Source: a virus
Taxonomy: Duplodnaviria; Heunggongvirae; Uroviricota; Caudoviricetes
Reading direction: 5' to 3' (one strand)
Length of the DNA: 51,707 bases
Virus record (IMG/VR): IMGVR_UViG_3300032144_000001
Location: 73,293 to 124,999 of that record
Shown here: one piece after another, positions 28,305 through 37,657 of the stretch
Position numbering within the stretch: the first letter of the stretch is position 1
Layout of the letters: each line of letters starts with the position of its first letter
Translations under genes and position numbers: made by a program
The notes under the pieces: generated by a model
The model's input: only the letters and a program-made list of their open reading frames with translations
What the model was told of the DNA's origin: nothing
Database searches by the model: none

Positions 28305-28717
28305 TTAAAGTCTATTTCGTAATTACTGATTTCAGGAATATAAATCTCATTCTCTGCTCTATAGAGCTTTTCCTCCACAAATATTAAAAAAATTGGATTA
28401 TTTTGCAAACCTTTTTCAATAAAATAATCAATAATATTTTGCAACCAATTACATGAAATATTTTTTAATTTCACATATTCTTTACCATAATAATTCCATC
28501 GTTCAAAATACTCTCTTATTGTCTCAAAAGGATCTTTAGTAGTAATTTCTACTATCTTTTCATCACCGTTAGCACTTGATCTATAATATCCTGAAGAAAC
28601 TCCACCATCCAACATGTACCATTTACCATTTTTATCATCATGGGTAACAAAATCATGCACTGATCTTGATACCAATTCTGTGCCATCTGGAGTTATAAGT
28701 TTTCTAAATAGTACCAT
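28301..28717 (-). CDS. Conserved phage hypothetical protein
   Basis: TPDGTELVSRSVHDFVTH...YMLDGG. Confidence 0.65.
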   Translation of the reverse strand: MVLFRKLITPDGTELVSRSVHDFVTHDDKNGKWYMLDGGVSSGYYRSSANGDEKIVEITTKDPFETIREYFERWNYYGKEYVKLKNISCNWLQNIIDYFIEKGLQNNPIFLIFVEEKLYRAENEIYIPEISNYEIDFK

Positions 28718-28719
28718 AA

Positions 28720-29232
28720 TTAGAACTTTTTACCGCCTTCTTTTTCTCTGTTAACTAATTGATGATCAGCTCTATTAAGGTTATAAATGAGCTTTTCCTT
28801 AATAGCTCCACCTAAATCAAGGTTGTATAGTCCTGCTATATCAAAAATTCTTATACAAGCATCCGCTAATTCCACCTCAAACATCTTTCTATCTTTTAAG
28901 TGGTCGTCTTGCAAATCCTTTCTAGCTCCTTCCATAGCTTCACTAATTTCACTATGTACTAGACATAAAAGTGTACCCACTTCTCTAGGTTTATTGTGCC
29001 ATCCCATATCTCTGGCTTGGGAGTGACAATAATCTACTACTTCATTAATATTGGTTTCTATATTCATAGTTTTCTTCATTTTATTTAATACTTCTTGTCT
29101 CTTTCTTTGATAAACTTCTTCTCCAAGAATAGCTCTTTCTATAAACTGCTTATTTAATGTATCCACAAGATTTTTATCCATTATTTTAGCTAATAATTCT
29201 TCAGCCTGCTCTTCAGGAGTTTTCTGTTCCAT
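28720..29232 (-). CDS. MazG-like nucleotide pyrophosphohydrolase
   Basis: LVHSEISEAMEG...EVELADACIRIFD. Confidence 0.8.
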   Translation of the reverse strand: MEQKTPEEQAEELLAKIMDKNLVDTLNKQFIERAILGEEVYQRKRQEVLNKMKKTMNIETNINEVVDYCHSQARDMGWHNKPREVGTLLCLVHSEISEAMEGARKDLQDDHLKDRKMFEVELADACIRIFDIAGLYNLDLGGAIKEKLIYNLNRADHQLVNREKEGGKKF

Positions 29233-30187
29233 TTAATTTTGATTTTACTTCATTTGTAATATATTCCAGTACTTCTGGATTATCATTTAAAAACTCTTTT
29301 ACTTTATCCATCCCTTGAAACTTCTCTTCTCTGAATGTATACCAAGCTCCACCTTTCTTGATTATGTCGAATTCACATGCATAATCAATGATTTCTCCTA
29401 ATTTATCATAACCGACTCCCCATAAAACATCAACTTTACATTGACCAAATGGAGCGGCTAACTTATTCTTGATAACATCTACAGTAGTCTTATTACTTTC
29501 GTTTACTTTATCATTCATTTTCCATACTTTCCAACGCATATCTGCATAGAATTTCCAAGCATTCCCTCCTGTTGAAACATCACCTTGTACCATTCCACCA
29601 ATATTAGCTCTTGTTTGACTAATAGAAAGAAGAGTAGCTTTATGAATATCTAAAAGGCCTTTGATTTTGCCACAGAATTTACTGTTTATACGGGCTTGTA
29701 AACCAATTGTAGCATCCCCAATATCACCATCAATAACAGCTTTTGGTAGAGCAGCAGTTTGACTATCTAATACCACTAATGATACAACATCATTTTCTAC
29801 CAGAGAAAGGATAAGATCATATCCACTTTCCATATCATCTGGTTGATAAATGAGTAGATTATCAACATCCACTCCTATTGTAGTAGCATATTTTTTGTCA
29901 AAACTATGTTCATAATCAAATAATGCCACTTTTTTGTCTGGAAACTCTTTTTGAAATTCAGCAATAGCATGTAATGAAATAGTACTTTTACCTGAAGATT
30001 CAGCCCCAAACATCTCTATAATTCTACCAAGAGGAATTCCTCCTATACCAACAGCTTGATTAAGCTGAATACTTCCAGTATTAACTACCCTTGGCTTCTC
30101 TGGAGTAGCTCTTGAAACATTGTATTTCTTTTCTAAATCTGCTATTATAGCATCAATTCCTTGTTTAACTTCTTTGGTTTTCGCCAT
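29213..30187 (-). CDS. recA: RecA recombinase
   Basis: GGIPLGRIIEMFGAESSGKST (Walker A), VVLDS, LQAR, STGGNAWKFY, KNKLAAPF, KKGGAWY. Confidence 0.95.
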   Translation of the reverse strand: MAKTKEVKQGIDAIIADLEKKYNVSRATPEKPRVVNTGSIQLNQAVGIGGIPLGRIIEMFGAESSGKSTISLHAIAEFQKEFPDKKVALFDYEHSFDKKYATTIGVDVDNLLIYQPDDMESGYDLILSLVENDVVSLVVLDSQTAALPKAVIDGDIGDATIGLQARINSKFCGKIKGLLDIHKATLLSISQTRANIGGMVQGDVSTGGNAWKFYADMRWKVWKMNDKVNESNKTTVDVIKNKLAAPFGQCKVDVLWGVGYDKLGEIIDYACEFDIIKKGGAWYTFREEKFQGMDKVKEFLNDNPEVLEYITNEVKSKLNGTENS

Positions 30188-30189
30188 TA

Positions 30190-30408
30190 TTATTTTGATT
30201 TTATCCCTATTTTATTTGTAAAAAGTTCTTTTCCAAGAGCATACCTAAAATATCCATTAAGTTTATCCATAGTATCTATAATAGGTGCTCTTTTATTAAT
30301 CACCCATCCTCTTTTCCTTCTATGAAGGAAACAACCTCTCATATATAGATCTTTATTCTTACCTATATATTTGAATCCTATTTTTATTAAGTCTTTTTCT
30401 TGTAACAT
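30190..30408 (-). CDS. Hypothetical protein
   Basis: 72-aa ORF between the terminator and recA. Confidence 0.6.
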   Translation of the reverse strand: MLQEKDLIKIGFKYIGKNKDLYMRGCFLHRRKRGWVINKRAPIIDTMDKLNGYFRYALGKELFTNKIGIKSK

Positions 30409-30417
30409 ATATTAAAT

Positions 30418-30456
30418 AAAAAAGTCAGAAGATATACAAATATACACCTTCTGACT
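30418..30456 (-). terminator. Intrinsic terminator after nrdJ, with a TATATTTG -7 box at its apex
   Basis: AGTCAGAAG/CTTCTGACT stem (30423-30431 with 30448-30456), U-tract on the - strand; TATATTTG at 30437-30444. Confidence 0.7.
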
Positions 30457-30486
30457 CAAACTAAAAATTAAAATTAAAAATTTATT

Positions 30487-32394
30487 TTATACTACCTCAC
30501 ACGCTCCTCCCGCGCAAGCTACAATATTTGAGAAATCTATACTATCATCTGCTTCAAATACATTAGTAAGATCAATAGATTTGAGACTTTTTACTCTCTT
30601 TTCATACTCTTCTTTACTAATTTCTTCAAAAGGAGCTTGAACATAAGATCCTCCATCATAATCTAATACTGATAAACCATTATAATGTTCTTTATTTTGC
30701 CACATCCATCTACCAACCATTTCCCATTCATTTAAATCAGAATCTCTATGATCTTCTGGAATATAAACTCCTGTATATTCTCTATTTTTATCAATAGAAA
30801 TAGTAGCAGACACATTATGGGTATTATCTCCATCTATATGTCCAGGTTTAATCCATTCTTTGGCAAACTTTTTAACCCTTTCTAAAGTATCAATAGCTGT
30901 TTCTGTTCTAAAAATAGATCCTTCTGGAGCTTTAACTGGAATTCTTACACATACAGTATCATGTGGTCTGAGAATATCATCCTCACATAATTCTTCATGA
31001 TTGATCATCAGATACTTAGCAATATCCTCATTTTTATTGAACCTAATAGTTCTTAAATAATATGGACTATGCCATGCATGAATACCACTGGAAGTTCCTA
31101 AGATAAGGGATGTTGTACCTGAAGGTTTAATACAAGTTACCCTAGCTGCTGGATTAGTTCCTATTTTCTCAGCATAATATTTATTTACTTCTGTAGCTAT
31201 TTTTGCAGCTTCTTCTAAATCATAATTTAGAATAGCTCCACTAGCTATACCAGTCATACCAATACCTAATAAAGCTTCAGCTTTAGTTGTAAGTTTCCAT
31301 CTATTTCTTAAATAGTGAAAATCTGTAAATCCAGCTTGTAAAGTACCAAAGAATGCAGCAACATGAACTCTTCCTAATAATTCACTCTGAGAAGTTATAT
31401 CTGATACATTTAGTTCACAAAGGTTGCAAAATTGAAATGGTTTTAGACCAATTTCACAACAAGGATTAGTTCCCCAATCTTTATTATTAGTCCAGTAGAT
31501 TCCAGGTTCACCTGAACCAGAAGCTTGAATTCTATTCCATAAGTTAAAGAATTCTTCTTGAGATACTTTATCTCTTTCTAAAACTGCTGAATTATTAGCT
31601 CTACCTCTTTGTTCATTAAGTTCCCACCAATTACCATACTTACAAGTAACCATTTCTTCATCATCTAATGAGAATAAAGCAATCATGGCTGCTCTTCTAA
31701 TGCCTCCAGATAGAACAGAGTTAGCTATATGACATAAGATATCATGACATTCTAATTGACTAAGTTGTTCTCCATCTTGTTTTCTATCTAGAATAGCTTG
31801 AATATGAACTAAGCATATTTTAAGAGGCTCTGGACCTGGAGCTTTACCACCTGCTGTTACTAATCTAGCTCCTTTGTGACGAATAGCTCTAAAATCAAAA
31901 TTAGGCATAAATCCACCACCAAGGTAAGCTTTCATTAATACCTTTACAGCATCAGCCCATCCCATAATACTATCTTCAATCAGATAATGTCTTGTCTTAA
32001 TAGGCTTTCTAACTGGAGGTAATTGTTCTACATGATGTTTTTGAACACTATAACCCACTCCAGTACCTCCTAATAGGAGAAACATTGATTCTGAGAAACT
32101 ATGAATACTATCTATTGGTAGATAACAACAATTATAACCTCTTGTATTATTAACTTCCATAGCAGGGCCAGCAAATTGTAATGCCCTCATGCTTGGAAGA
32201 ACTTTCTTTTCTCTTATAAATTTACTATTTTCTTTAATTTGATCCTTTAATTGTGGATATTTATTTAACATCATTAATTCGTATCTATCCACTATTTCAT
32301 CCCAAGTCTCCCTTCGTTTCTTATCTGGTAAATATTTTGAATACTTTGAAAATGTCGTTATTTTGGACAAAGCGTCTAATCCTAAATCTGTCAT
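30487..32394 (-). CDS. nrdJ: Class II (adenosylcobalamin-dependent) ribonucleotide reductase
   Basis: LPSMRALQF, YNCCY, TNPCCEI, CNLCELN, CIKPSGTTS, C-terminal CAGGAC. The ATG at 32394 (MTDLGL) is more plausible than 32469. Confidence 0.92.
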   Translation of the reverse strand: MTDLGLDALSKITTFSKYSKYLPDKKRRETWDEIVDRYELMMLNKYPQLKDQIKENSKFIREKKVLPSMRALQFAGPAMEVNNTRGYNCCYLPIDSIHSFSESMFLLLGGTGVGYSVQKHHVEQLPPVRKPIKTRHYLIEDSIMGWADAVKVLMKAYLGGGFMPNFDFRAIRHKGARLVTAGGKAPGPEPLKICLVHIQAILDRKQDGEQLSQLECHDILCHIANSVLSGGIRRAAMIALFSLDDEEMVTCKYGNWWELNEQRGRANNSAVLERDKVSQEEFFNLWNRIQASGSGEPGIYWTNNKDWGTNPCCEIGLKPFQFCNLCELNVSDITSQSELLGRVHVAAFFGTLQAGFTDFHYLRNRWKLTTKAEALLGIGMTGIASGAILNYDLEEAAKIATEVNKYYAEKIGTNPAARVTCIKPSGTTSLILGTSSGIHAWHSPYYLRTIRFNKNEDIAKYLMINHEELCEDDILRPHDTVCVRIPVKAPEGSIFRTETAIDTLERVKKFAKEWIKPGHIDGDNTHNVSATISIDKNREYTGVYIPEDHRDSDLNEWEMVGRWMWQNKEHYNGLSVLDYDGGSYVQAPFEEISKEEYEKRVKSLKSIDLTNVFEADDSIDFSNIVACAGGACEVV

Positions 32395-32420
32395 ATTTAT
32401 ATTGTTTTTTAAAAGTGAAA

Positions 32421-32475
32421 AGACAGCTAAGTTATTACTTAAAACTGTCTCTGCCAAATTATTTCTCATAATTTG
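32421..32475 (-). promoter_or_regulatory. Two tandem inverted repeats in the nrdJ leader
   Basis: AGACAG...CTGTCT (32421-32450, inner TAAG/CTTA, U-tract on - strand) and CAAATTAT-N5-ATAATTTG (32455-32475). Confidence 0.4.
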
Positions 32476-32485
32476 TATACTTATA

Positions 32486-32749
32486 CTAATTCTTATTATT
32501 AGTGAATCTATTTACTATATTTTTAGCTTTAGTTTTTAACCATTCTAGGTTATTGAAAAATCTTCTAATAAAATAACCTCTTGCAACTGATATAATTGTG
32601 AATAAGAATGTAGATAAACTCATTTGTTTAGCTGTCATTTCTATTCCACAAATATAATTAACAATAGGTAAAAAACTTATAGTTATTAAAAAGCCAACAA
32701 TAGTATTTACACAAGCTTCTATAAGACTTTCAATCTTGCTTTGATTCAT
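32486..32749 (-). CDS. Small membrane protein
   Basis: QSKIESLIEACVN, two hydrophobic helices, RGYFIRRFF. Confidence 0.65.
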   Translation of the reverse strand: MNQSKIESLIEACVNTIVGFLITISFLPIVNYICGIEMTAKQMSLSTFLFTIISVARGYFIRRFFNNLEWLKTKAKNIVNRFTNNKN

Positions 32750-33387
32750 AGTAATTTCTCATTAGTTAAAATTTCTTTAACTTTTTCTACTAATTCCTCA
32801 ATAGATCCATTATTATCTATTATATAATGAAAATTAGGATAATTATCTAATGAAGTTTCAGAAGGATGATCTGAATTATTATCTGTCTTTCTATTTACTC
32901 TTATTAATAAGCCTTCTCTATCTTTAATGGATTCAGCTTCATTTGGAAATCTAACATCTGTAATAATTATATTATCTCCTGGTTTATAGGAAGATAGAGT
33001 TGCATTAACCCATATATTAGGATGAATAATTTCCCTACCACATTCTGTTCCTAGTAATTGTAGTATCTTTCTGGGAGTTAATATTTCATCAGAATTAAAT
33101 ATTCTCCAATCCTCACCTAGAGGGGTATTTTTAAAAGATTGATTCTCTAATTGATCTCTAGAGCACCCTATTATCAAAGATGTACATTCTTTTAACTTAT
33201 CTGCAAATTTTTTAATAGGCCATCCTCCTTTTAAATTTGGTTTACCTTCATAATTTTTAAGATATTCTAAAGGTTCATTTGAATATCTACTTCCAAAATC
33301 TCTAGTTTTTTTAATACTTAGAGCTTGAATTATCATACCTACAGTATCCTTACCACAACCTATTTTTCCACTAATTCCTATAATCAT
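32746..33387 (-). CDS. Deoxynucleoside monophosphate kinase
   Basis: IIGISGKIGCGKDTV, FADKLKE, PRKILQLLGTECGR, ITDVRFPNE, HPSE. Confidence 0.88.
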   Translation of the reverse strand: MIIGISGKIGCGKDTVGMIIQALSIKKTRDFGSRYSNEPLEYLKNYEGKPNLKGGWPIKKFADKLKECTSLIIGCSRDQLENQSFKNTPLGEDWRIFNSDEILTPRKILQLLGTECGREIIHPNIWVNATLSSYKPGDNIIITDVRFPNEAESIKDREGLLIRVNRKTDNNSDHPSETSLDNYPNFHYIIDNNGSIEELVEKVKEILTNEKLL

Positions 33388-34175
33388 AATTTTAAATGTT
33401 TTATTATTTGTTTTATTTTTTCATAAAATTCAGTTTGTGTAAAATTCATTTTCATTACATTACATTGTTTACAACACGGTACACAATTATCTATATGATA
33501 ATCTCCATCTGAATTTATTCTATCTATACCATTTGCATAAAGTATTTCATTATTTCTTACTATTCTATTATTACCAGTTAAATAATCAATTTTTCTAGGA
33601 AAATTTCCACAATAATAACAGTTTTTTGATATTATATTTTCAAATTGTTCTATTGTTAAAAAATTTTGTATATTTCTATCCTTTCCTAGACTTTTTAATC
33701 TAGAAATTATACTTAAATTGTATAGTCTTTCTATATTAGAATATTTCATAGTAGACTGAGGTCTTCTTTTATAAGCGCAATGCTTACATTCTCTAGATCT
33801 TCCTGAATTTAAATGTGAGATGTTGTAATAATTTATATCTCCACATTCACATTTACATTGGTAATTTCTCACTTTAGATTTTTTACCTTTAGGTTTCATT
33901 ATAAAATCTTCAGATAAAACCTCTAATCTATTAAAAACATCTCCCTTTTTTATAACTATACGTTGTCTTAGTTTTGAGGAACATTTGATACAACTTTTGG
34001 AAATTCCCTTAATCAAAGAACTACCTCTATAAAATCCTTCTTTTCCACAATCACATTTACAAAACCATTTTGTACCATGACTCTTTCCATTTGGACCAAT
34101 AAATGAGCCACTTCTTTCAAGAACTGTCAATTTGTTATATTTCTTACCTATTTCTGGTGAATAATAATCTTTCAT
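33384..34175 (-). CDS. HNH homing endonuclease
   Basis: Two LTV/LEV...CKCxCG...SxxC repeats; CYYCG...NGIDRINSDGDYHIDNCVPCCKQCN. Confidence 0.85.
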   Translation of the reverse strand: MKDYYSPEIGKKYNKLTVLERSGSFIGPNGKSHGTKWFCKCDCGKEGFYRGSSLIKGISKSCIKCSSKLRQRIVIKKGDVFNRLEVLSEDFIMKPKGKKSKVRNYQCKCECGDINYYNISHLNSGRSRECKHCAYKRRPQSTMKYSNIERLYNLSIISRLKSLGKDRNIQNFLTIEQFENIISKNCYYCGNFPRKIDYLTGNNRIVRNNEILYANGIDRINSDGDYHIDNCVPCCKQCNVMKMNFTQTEFYEKIKQIIKHLKL

Positions 34176-34176
34176 A

Positions 34177-34226
34177 ATTACAAAAGTTATGTCACAAATG
34201 TAATAACTTTTGTAATATAAAACAAA
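34177..34226 (-). promoter_or_regulatory. Promoter TTTG-N20-TACATTTG with the -7 box inside a 14-bp perfect inverted repeat
   Basis: -33 box 34223-34226, -7 box 34195-34202; ATTACAAAAGTTAT (34177-34190) pairs with 34203-34216. Confidence 0.7.
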
Positions 34227-34244
34227 TAAAATTAAATATTTATT

Positions 34245-34484
34245 TCACCAAATATTAATTACCATATTACTGTTTTCAAATCTTATAGTCCAAGAAATAT
34301 TTTCTTTCTTAAACATAGTAATCAAATCTTCTCCTAATGCCCAATTAATAGCTGATTTATTGTAAACTGTTATATTACTACTCGAATATTCTGATACATT
34401 TACAACTGTTTCATTTATACTATGTTTAGCAAGCACTTTAAGCGTCTTGTTAATTTTGTTCAAGTTTATTATTTTTCCTCTCAT
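34245..34484 (-). CDS. Hypothetical protein
   Basis: 79-aa ORF; start uncertain. Confidence 0.5.
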   Translation of the reverse strand: MRGKIINLNKINKTLKVLAKHSINETVVNVSEYSSSNITVYNKSAINWALGEDLITMFKKENISWTIRFENSNMVINIW

Positions 34485-35085
34485 TTTCTTTAATTTTATC
34501 TAAATTTAAGATTTCTTTCTCTTCATCCCATCCATCCCATACTTCCCAATGATCTTCCCAATTTCCGGTATATGGTACTTGTTTACCATAATTGTCTTCA
34601 TATGTTCCGTATATCTTAGATTGCAAATCCGCTTTTAAATCAGAATCCTTTTTAAATATTCTATACTGTAAAGAATAAGTTTCTCTTTGTTTACCTTCTT
34701 TGTATAACTTCAGAGTTTTTGGGAACAACTCTTTGAATTTATCAGAAGTTTTAGAATATTTACCCTGCTTCACTTTATCATAATCCTCTTTAAATCTAGG
34801 GTCTAGCTTATAGACTACAACTACATAGTCATCCTCATAGTCATAATCATCTATGACTTGATACTTCTCATGTAAAGTTCTATCATATTCATTATCTAGA
34901 AAGTCCCTAAATTTTTCAATATTATTAGGTTTAAACAACAAATAACAGCAGTTTTCATACTGCACCTCCTTTCTTGAGTCAGCTATATAGCCATTGATGA
35001 ACCCATTATTTTTCAATCCCTCTCTACTAATCTTTAAAGTTGGAACAATGAAAATACTGCTAATATTTTTCTTAATTTTTGTCAT
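34450..35085 (-). CDS. Hypothetical protein of the replication region
   Basis: 211-aa ORF in operon context. Confidence 0.7.
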   Translation of the reverse strand: MTKIKKNISSIFIVPTLKISREGLKNNGFINGYIADSRKEVQYENCCYLLFKPNNIEKFRDFLDNEYDRTLHEKYQVIDDYDYEDDYVVVVYKLDPRFKEDYDKVKQGKYSKTSDKFKELFPKTLKLYKEGKQRETYSLQYRIFKKDSDLKADLQSKIYGTYEDNYGKQVPYTGNWEDHWEVWDGWDEEKEILNLDKIKENERKNNKLEQN

Positions 35086-35087
35086 TA

Positions 35088-36107
35088 TTAACTTTTTATA
35101 GGTACTTGTCCATTATTTAAGTAATTCTCTCTTGAGATTCTCCATTGATTGTTTTCTTTACTCCATATAAGATCTTTTATTATGTTTTGTACACCTGGAT
35201 AATATTTACCTTTATGTTCAAATCCTACATACGCATCTGTTATATCCCTACTATCAAGAGTATATAACAAAGGTAGGAAATAATTGATACTATCTGAAAC
35301 GATAAATATAGGATTTTTGACAGTATATCCTTCTAATTCTAGATTATTTAAGATAGTCCAACAAGCTTCTTTGTAGATATAAGCTTGAATGTAAGCTCTT
35401 CTATAAAGATAGTACTCTTCATAGAAATTTTCAACACTCCATACACACTTTAGATCATAAACCTGGATAGTTTTATCCTTATGATCTATAACTATATAAT
35501 CCATCATCGCCTTAAGAGGTAAACCATCCACTTCAAATTCCTCTACCTGGTATTGAACAAGTATAGTATATCTCTCAGAATCCTCTAAATTAAGGATTGG
35601 AGCAGTGAATTCATTAGTTTTAAGTTCTTCTACTATTCTTTCAGCATTATTAACTTCATCAAGAGTAACTACTGTTAGACCTTTACTACGTACATTCCTG
35701 ATCTCATTATAATAAATTTCTGCATCAGATCCTACAAATTTCTCTAAAACTTTCTCAAAAGACCATTTATAACCACTATCTTTATATGCTAATTTACAAG
35801 CTTCTTCAAATGATCCTTCAGATTGACTATGTTTATATAGAGCCTCTACGAATAAACCCATATTGCCAGAAGGAGTACTAGCTGTAGAAGATAAGTAGAA
35901 TCGTTCATCAAATTGATCTTTTTCAAACAAAAGTGTCTCAGTAACTCGCCCAGTAATCGAGGCTTTTGAATCTTCTTCTTCAACCTTTTCACCATCAATG
36001 TATCTTTTTTTGTATTTTCTTCGATCTAGAGAGAATTCTTTAAGACTACTAGATGAATCTAATGGTATTTTTCTATATTCAGCTTCTGTTCTTTTACCTG
36101 CTATCAT
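35088..36107 (-). CDS. PD-(D/E)xK exonuclease
   Basis: SSSSLKEF; LKAMMDYIVID...VYDLK; YIQAYIY. Confidence 0.82.
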   Translation of the reverse strand: MIAGKRTEAEYRKIPLDSSSSLKEFSLDRRKYKKRYIDGEKVEEEDSKASITGRVTETLLFEKDQFDERFYLSSTASTPSGNMGLFVEALYKHSQSEGSFEEACKLAYKDSGYKWSFEKVLEKFVGSDAEIYYNEIRNVRSKGLTVVTLDEVNNAERIVEELKTNEFTAPILNLEDSERYTILVQYQVEEFEVDGLPLKAMMDYIVIDHKDKTIQVYDLKCVWSVENFYEEYYLYRRAYIQAYIYKEACWTILNNLELEGYTVKNPIFIVSDSINYFLPLLYTLDSRDITDAYVGFEHKGKYYPGVQNIIKDLIWSKENNQWRISRENYLNNGQVPIKS

Positions 36108-36112
36108 AATTT

Positions 36113-36346
36113 TTAATTATATTCGTCTTCAAATTCTCTGTTTAATTTGTCATCACAACTTTCACATACAAAATAGGAATGTCCATTATAATCAGTTGTA
36201 GCAAAGTTATTGCAGTGTTTTTCTCTACATTTACCTAGACCTTTATCTATTGTTTTAGCTTCCAGTTCCTTTCTATTTCTTTCCTGTTTTTCATAATCAG
36301 CCACTAAAGATTTAGCTTGATCATACTGCTCCTTTGTTATTATCAT
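36113..36346 (-). CDS. Hypothetical protein with Cys/His cluster
   Basis: CREKHC...CESC. Confidence 0.6.
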   Translation of the reverse strand: MIITKEQYDQAKSLVADYEKQERNRKELEAKTIDKGLGKCREKHCNNFATTDYNGHSYFVCESCDDKLNREFEDEYN

Positions 36347-36510
36347 TTTACCCCCTCTTTTATTTTACGTAAATATTTATCTATTTCACTAGCTAAATCA
36401 TAACTGCAATCATAATCACGACATCTATATTTGTTATTAGGAACCATATTAATAAAATATACTGCATTTTCAAGTAAATGTATAGCTAATTCTTTATCTT
36501 TTTTATTCAT
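36343..36510 (-). CDS. 55-aa hypothetical protein MNKKDKELAI...KEGVK (not in ORF track)
   Basis: Hand-translated; ATGA overlap with the downstream gene. Confidence 0.65.
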   Translation of the reverse strand: MNKKDKELAIHLLENAVYFINMVPNNKYRCRDYDCSYDLASEIDKYLRKIKEGVK

Positions 36511-36513
36511 AGA

Positions 36514-36759
36514 TTAGAACTTTTCATCTTTTAAATACTCTTTTAATAGTTGTTCCGAATTAGAAAGAGGGAAATCAGTATCCCTAATCAATTTATATGC
36601 CTCTCCGGGTTTAAAGATTTCATCAGGTACAGTTCTTATTATTTGATCCTCTTCCTCATCATTATCATAATCATTAATGATAATATCTATGTCTGTTGTA
36701 GAGGCTATACTTTGTATAATACCTCCTTCCATTGTTATTAATACTCTTGGTTTACTCAT
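36514..36759 (-). CDS. Hypothetical acidic protein
   Basis: 81-aa ORF (VLITMEGGIIQSI...DYDNDEEE). Confidence 0.6.
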   Translation of the reverse strand: MSKPRVLITMEGGIIQSIASTTDIDIIINDYDNDEEEDQIIRTVPDEIFKPGEAYKLIRDTDFPLSNSEQLLKEYLKDEKF

Positions 36760-37597
36760 GTATTTTACCTTTAAAATATTCCTCTATTTCATTTACTTTG
36801 TAGCACTTTCTATTAAGTGCTATTGTCATATTGCTATATAATTTTTGCAATACAGGTATACTTTTTTTACCTGTAATAGCTACTTGATAAACATTTGTAT
36901 TTTTCATTTTTGTTATCTTGTTATTTATTTTAAAATGTTCACAAAAACTGATGAGCGTTTCTTTTGTGCCAATTAAAGATAATCCATAAAAATCAATTTT
37001 ACCGTATTTGTATTTAAATATACAACCATCTCCATCTATATATCCTCTCCAAAAATGATTATCAGTTTTATACTTGTCTGGAACTTTATAGATTAAAGAT
37101 TTCCTTTTAGTGATCCCTTGAGATTCTAAATATTTACATAAAGACCTATCGTGTATTTTTAAAGTAACTTTATTATCTTTATGTATTTTTATATTACCTG
37201 TATAATCTAAAAACCACTTAAATTTATTCAATATATCTATATCTTGTTTCTGTATAGTTATTTCTAAAGAATCTCCTAAATTACAACCGTCTGCTGCTAC
37301 AAAACCAATGAAATAGCTTTTCATTTCAGAATCTTTATAAATCTTATCATTAATTGTATATTTTCTGTTTTTAAGACCTTGTTTTTTCACAATTTCTTTT
37401 TGACCACAATTACAAGAAATTAAAGAACTTATTCTATTAGCTTTTAATATTTCAGTAGCTCTTTTAATGGTTTTATTACCACATTCACAGTCTGCTTCTA
37501 AAAAAATGTGCTTATGCTCATTTTTATGATGAAATTTAAAGTTTGAAAGTTTTCCTACTTTTGGTTGTTTTTCTATTATCTCTTTCCAAGATTTCAT
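36752..37597 (-). CDS. Free-standing LAGLIDADG-like endonuclease
   Basis: Two motifs YFIGFVAADG and FWRGYIDGDG; N-terminal CECG...CNCG. Confidence 0.85.
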   Translation of the reverse strand: MKSWKEIIEKQPKVGKLSNFKFHHKNEHKHIFLEADCECGNKTIKRATEILKANRISSLISCNCGQKEIVKKQGLKNRKYTINDKIYKDSEMKSYFIGFVAADGCNLGDSLEITIQKQDIDILNKFKWFLDYTGNIKIHKDNKVTLKIHDRSLCKYLESQGITKRKSLIYKVPDKYKTDNHFWRGYIDGDGCIFKYKYGKIDFYGLSLIGTKETLISFCEHFKINNKITKMKNTNVYQVAITGKKSIPVLQKLYSNMTIALNRKCYKVNEIEEYFKGKIHE

Positions 37598-37611
37598 ATT
37601 ATATATTTTTA

Positions 37612-37643
37612 CAAATATATGTAATTAAAATGAATTCTCCAAA
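37612..37643 (-). promoter_or_regulatory. Promoter TTTG-N20-TATATTTG
   Basis: -33 box 37640-37643, -7 box 37612-37619, ATG 14 nt downstream. Confidence 0.75.
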
Positions 37644-37657
37644 TGTTACCATTCTTT

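Noticed and set aside
32395-32469. N-terminal 25-aa extension of NrdJ from the ORF track
   Set aside because: It overlaps the structured leader; the ATG at 32394 follows an A-rich Bacteroidota-type initiation region.
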